From Pseudomonadota bacterium (GTDB lineage: Bacteria > Pseudomonadota > Gammaproteobacteria > JAKAQQ01): DNA of 64,000 bases. The translations under genes and the position numbers were made by a program. The notes below the pieces were generated by a model that was not told where the DNA came from, made no database searches, and saw only the letters and a program-made list of their open reading frames with translations. The DNA is taken from assembly GCA_027320085.1 (NCBI GenBank), contig DAHVLZ010000009.1, positions 96,001-160,000 of the forward strand. Direction: 5' to 3'. Of the stretch, positions 61,547 to 64,000 are shown piece by piece. Numbering within the stretch: the first letter of the stretch is position 1; each line of letters opens with the position of its first letter.

Positions 61547-62512
61547 ATGAGGCAGTCCATGTGGTTTCGACGTCTGCTGGCCTTTTTCGCCCTGTTGGTC
61601 CCCTTGGTGCTGCTCGCTATTGCGGCTTTCCTGGTTTTCTACGCGTGGCCCGCCATCCATTACAACGGGCTGGATTTTCTCTGGCGGGATACCTGGAATA
61701 TCGGCAACCAGTACGCAAATCCCGTCCAGCGCCATGGCGAGACCGTCATGCCTGGAGCCCAGTTCGGCATTCTGTTTCTGGTGGCAGGAACCCTGGGCAG
61801 TGCCCTGATCGCTCTTCTCTTCGCTTTCCCCCTCGGTCTGGGTGCCGCCCTTTTCCTCAGTGAGGCGGTACCCCATCGCTTCGGCCATTTCGTCTCGTTC
61901 TTCGTCGAACTTCTGGCCGGGATACCATCCGTCGTCTTCGGACTTTGGGGCATCGTTTTCCTGATCCCTTTCCTGAGTCACCATGTCTTTCCCATCCTGG
62001 CCCGGATTTTCCACTTCATTCCGTTCCTGGCCCGGCCCATCGGTTCGGGTTATGGACTGCTCACCTCGAGTCTCGTGCTGTGCCTGATGATCGTCCCCTT
62101 CATCACGGCCACTCTGCGCGATGCGCTGCGCAGCCAGAGCACGGAGATGCGTGAAGCAGGGATCAGTCTCGGTGCCACCCGCTTCGAGGTGGCCACCCGG
62201 ATTCTCCTCCCGGGGCAGAAAACGGCCCTAGCGGGTGCCACCATGCTGGCTTTCGGTCGAGCCCTCGGCGAAACCATGGCCGTGCTCATGGTGAGCGGAA
62301 ATGCACTGAACTACCTGCCCCACAACGTCTACAGTCCGATCTCCACCATGGCAGCGTTTATTGTGGCCCAGTTGGACAGCGCGCTAGCCGACCCGACCGG
62401 CATGGCGGTGCGTTCGCTCGCAGAAATCGCCGTTCTTCTGCTGGTCATCTCCCTCATCACCAATGGGATAGCCCGGTTCCTGATTGGCATGCTCAAGGAA
62501 CACACACTATGA
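61547..62512 (+). CDS. pstC: phosphate ABC transporter permease PstC
   Basis: GTL, ELLAGIPSVVFGLWG, LGATRFE, GRALGETMAV. Confidence 0.95.
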   Translation: MRQSMWFRRLLAFFALLVPLVLLAIAAFLVFYAWPAIHYNGLDFLWRDTWNIGNQYANPVQRHGETVMPGAQFGILFLVAGTLGSALIALLFAFPLGLGAALFLSEAVPHRFGHFVSFFVELLAGIPSVVFGLWGIVFLIPFLSHHVFPILARIFHFIPFLARPIGSGYGLLTSSLVLCLMIVPFITATLRDALRSQSTEMREAGISLGATRFEVATRILLPGQKTALAGATMLAFGRALGETMAVLMVSGNALNYLPHNVYSPISTMAAFIVAQLDSALADPTGMAVRSLAEIAVLLLVISLITNGIARFLIGMLKEHTL

Positions 62513-63393
62513 GCCAGGCCACAAGGGACCTCCCCCCCCGACCCTCATCCGGCTGGATCCGGTACCGACGCATCAAAAGCGCGATCGGCTGGTTTCTGGC
62601 CGGTACCGCCCTGGTCGCACTGTCGGTGGCCATGGTCCAGATCCTGCTCTACGTCTTCCTGAAAGGTTTCCACAGCCTGTCACCAAAAATTCTGGTCGAA
62701 AATACCGTGGGAGTCGGGGGGGGGCTCAAAAACGCGATCCTGGGTACGGCACTCCTGTCCGGTTCGGCCATGATCCTGTCCGCGCTGGTTGGAGTCGCGG
62801 CGGGTCTCTATCTCAGCGAGTTCGGCGAGGGCCGGCTCGGAACCCTGACCCGGTTTTTGAGCGATGTTCTGGTGGGCGTGCCCTCGATCGTGCTCGGATT
62901 CGTAGGTTATGTCACCCTCACCGTCTGGCTGCGCTGGCGGTTTTCCTTGGCCGCTGGTGCAATTACGCTCGCGGTGCTCATGTTGCCCTATATCGTCCGA
63001 AGTACCGAACTGGCGCTGCGTCGAGTCGCATCGGGCATCCGGGAGTCCGCCTACGCCTTGGGATGCCGTGACCACCAAGTTGTGTTCAAGGTCCTGCTCA
63101 AGGCTGCCGCACCAGGCATCGGGACTGGTATTCTCCTGGCGCTCGCAATTTCGGCCGGTGAAACCGCCCCACTGCTCTATACCGCAGGCTGGTCCAACTA
63201 CAGCTGGTCCGGGCACCTGATCCATGAACCCGTGGCCTACCTCACCTACGTTATCTGGAGCTTCATCGGCGAACCCTTCCATTCGGCCCATGCTCTGGCC
63301 TACGTCGCTGCTTTTCTGATCACCTTCATGATCCTTCTGATCAACCTCCTGGCCCGCTTCCTGATCGCCTCTTCGCCCCATTCCAACCGCTGA
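62509..63393 (+). CDS. pstA: phosphate ABC transporter permease PstA
   Basis: GGLKNAILGT, YLSEF, GVPSIVLG, RESAYALG, AGETAPLL. Confidence 0.95.
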   Translation: MSQATRDLPPRPSSGWIRYRRIKSAIGWFLAGTALVALSVAMVQILLYVFLKGFHSLSPKILVENTVGVGGGLKNAILGTALLSGSAMILSALVGVAAGLYLSEFGEGRLGTLTRFLSDVLVGVPSIVLGFVGYVTLTVWLRWRFSLAAGAITLAVLMLPYIVRSTELALRRVASGIRESAYALGCRDHQVVFKVLLKAAAPGIGTGILLALAISAGETAPLLYTAGWSNYSWSGHLIHEPVAYLTYVIWSFIGEPFHSAHALAYVAAFLITFMILLINLLARFLIASSPHSNR

Positions 63394-63432
63394 GGCCGGG
63401 TATAATGGGCGTTCTCCAGAGGGGGGATCGCC

Positions 63433-64000
63433 GTGTCTACGAACACCATGATTTTCAGTTCCGAGTCGGTTTCCGAGGGTCACCCCGACAAAGTCGCAGA
63501 CCAGATCTCGGACGCGATTCTCGATACCCTGATTGCCCAGGATCCCCGCAGCCGGGTGGCTTGTGAAACCCTTGTAAAGACCGGGGTGGCCATTATCGCT
63601 GGAGAAATTTCGACCCAAGCCTGGGTCGATCTCGATGAGCTGGTCCGCCAGGTCATCACCGGAATCGGCTACACCAGTTCCGAAGTCGGGTTCGATGGGG
63701 CCACCTGCGGCGTTATTTCCCTGATCGGGAAACAGTCCGGCGATATCGCCCAAGGTGTGGACCGGGAGACACCCGAAGCCCAAGGGGCAGGTGACCAGGG
63801 CATCATGTTCGGTTATGCCACGGACGAAACGGACGTCTTCATGCCCGCCCCGATCACTTTTGCACACCGTCTCATGCGCCGGCAGTCCGAACTCAGGCGG
63901 TCAGGAGCACTGCCTTGGCTGAGACCCGACGCCAAAAGCCAAGTCAGCCTTTACTACGCGGATGGCGTCCCCCAGTATTGCACCGCAATTGTGGTCTCCA
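63433..64000 (+). CDS. metK: S-adenosylmethionine synthetase, 5' part, runs off the window edge
   Basis: Not in ORF track. Manual translation: [51 protein letters not shown]; TATAAT at 63401-63406. Confidence 0.97.
   Translation, partial: MSTNTMIFSSESVSEGHPDKVADQISDAILDTLIAQDPRSRVACETLVKTGVAIIAGEISTQAWVDLDELVRQVITGIGYTSSEVGFDGATCGVISLIGKQSGDIAQGVDRETPEAQGAGDQGIMFGYATDETDVFMPAPITFAHRLMRRQSELRRSGALPWLRPDAKSQVSLYYADGVPQYCTAIVVS

Noticed and set aside
63394-63432. SAM riboswitch upstream of metK
   Set aside because: A -10 at 63401 leaves only about 20 nt of leader.

Overview
GC-rich Gram-negative (gammaproteobacterial-type) chromosomal window, densely coding, with no rRNA, tRNA, CRISPR array or intact mobile element detected. 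In order: (i) an acyl-CoA/ETF operon (SDR, ETF-QO, etfB, etfA, truncated acetoacetyl-CoA synthetase); (ii) a ~20 kb surface-glycan cluster (4.5-24.3 kb) with rfbA/rfbD, CapD/PglF-, PglC- and DegT-like genes, a WbpB/E/D-like trio, a divergent WecB/WbpI-like epimerase, three GT4s, Wzz, two O-antigen ligase/Wzy-like proteins and, unusually, a UDP-sulfoquinovose synthase (SqdB); (iii) housekeeping genes (dapF-DUF484-xerC-hslVU, TPP riboswitch-thiC, Kir-type channel, pcm, tolC, waaA, hldE, lpxL); (iv) a metal-homeostasis island (Fur-family regulator, NiCoT-like permease, beta-barrel, a long structured leader with a uORF, an Nramp-related Mg-type transporter and a small membrane protein); (v) cpdA, acs, an orphan DGQHR protein, CDF exporter, PPi-type PFK, adk, rsmI, lpoA, GGDEF-EAL, an M16 peptidase pair, GST, pstSCA and the start of metK. 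Best leads: a possible C6-sulfonated amino-sugar glycan pathway (SqdB present, WbpA absent), a G12 tract that fuses a glycosyltransferase to an aminotransferase, an unnamed attenuator-like leader upstream of the Nramp-related transporter, and a Kir channel with a TLGSG filter. All calls are from motif recognition by eye; no searches were run, and several start codons are best guesses.
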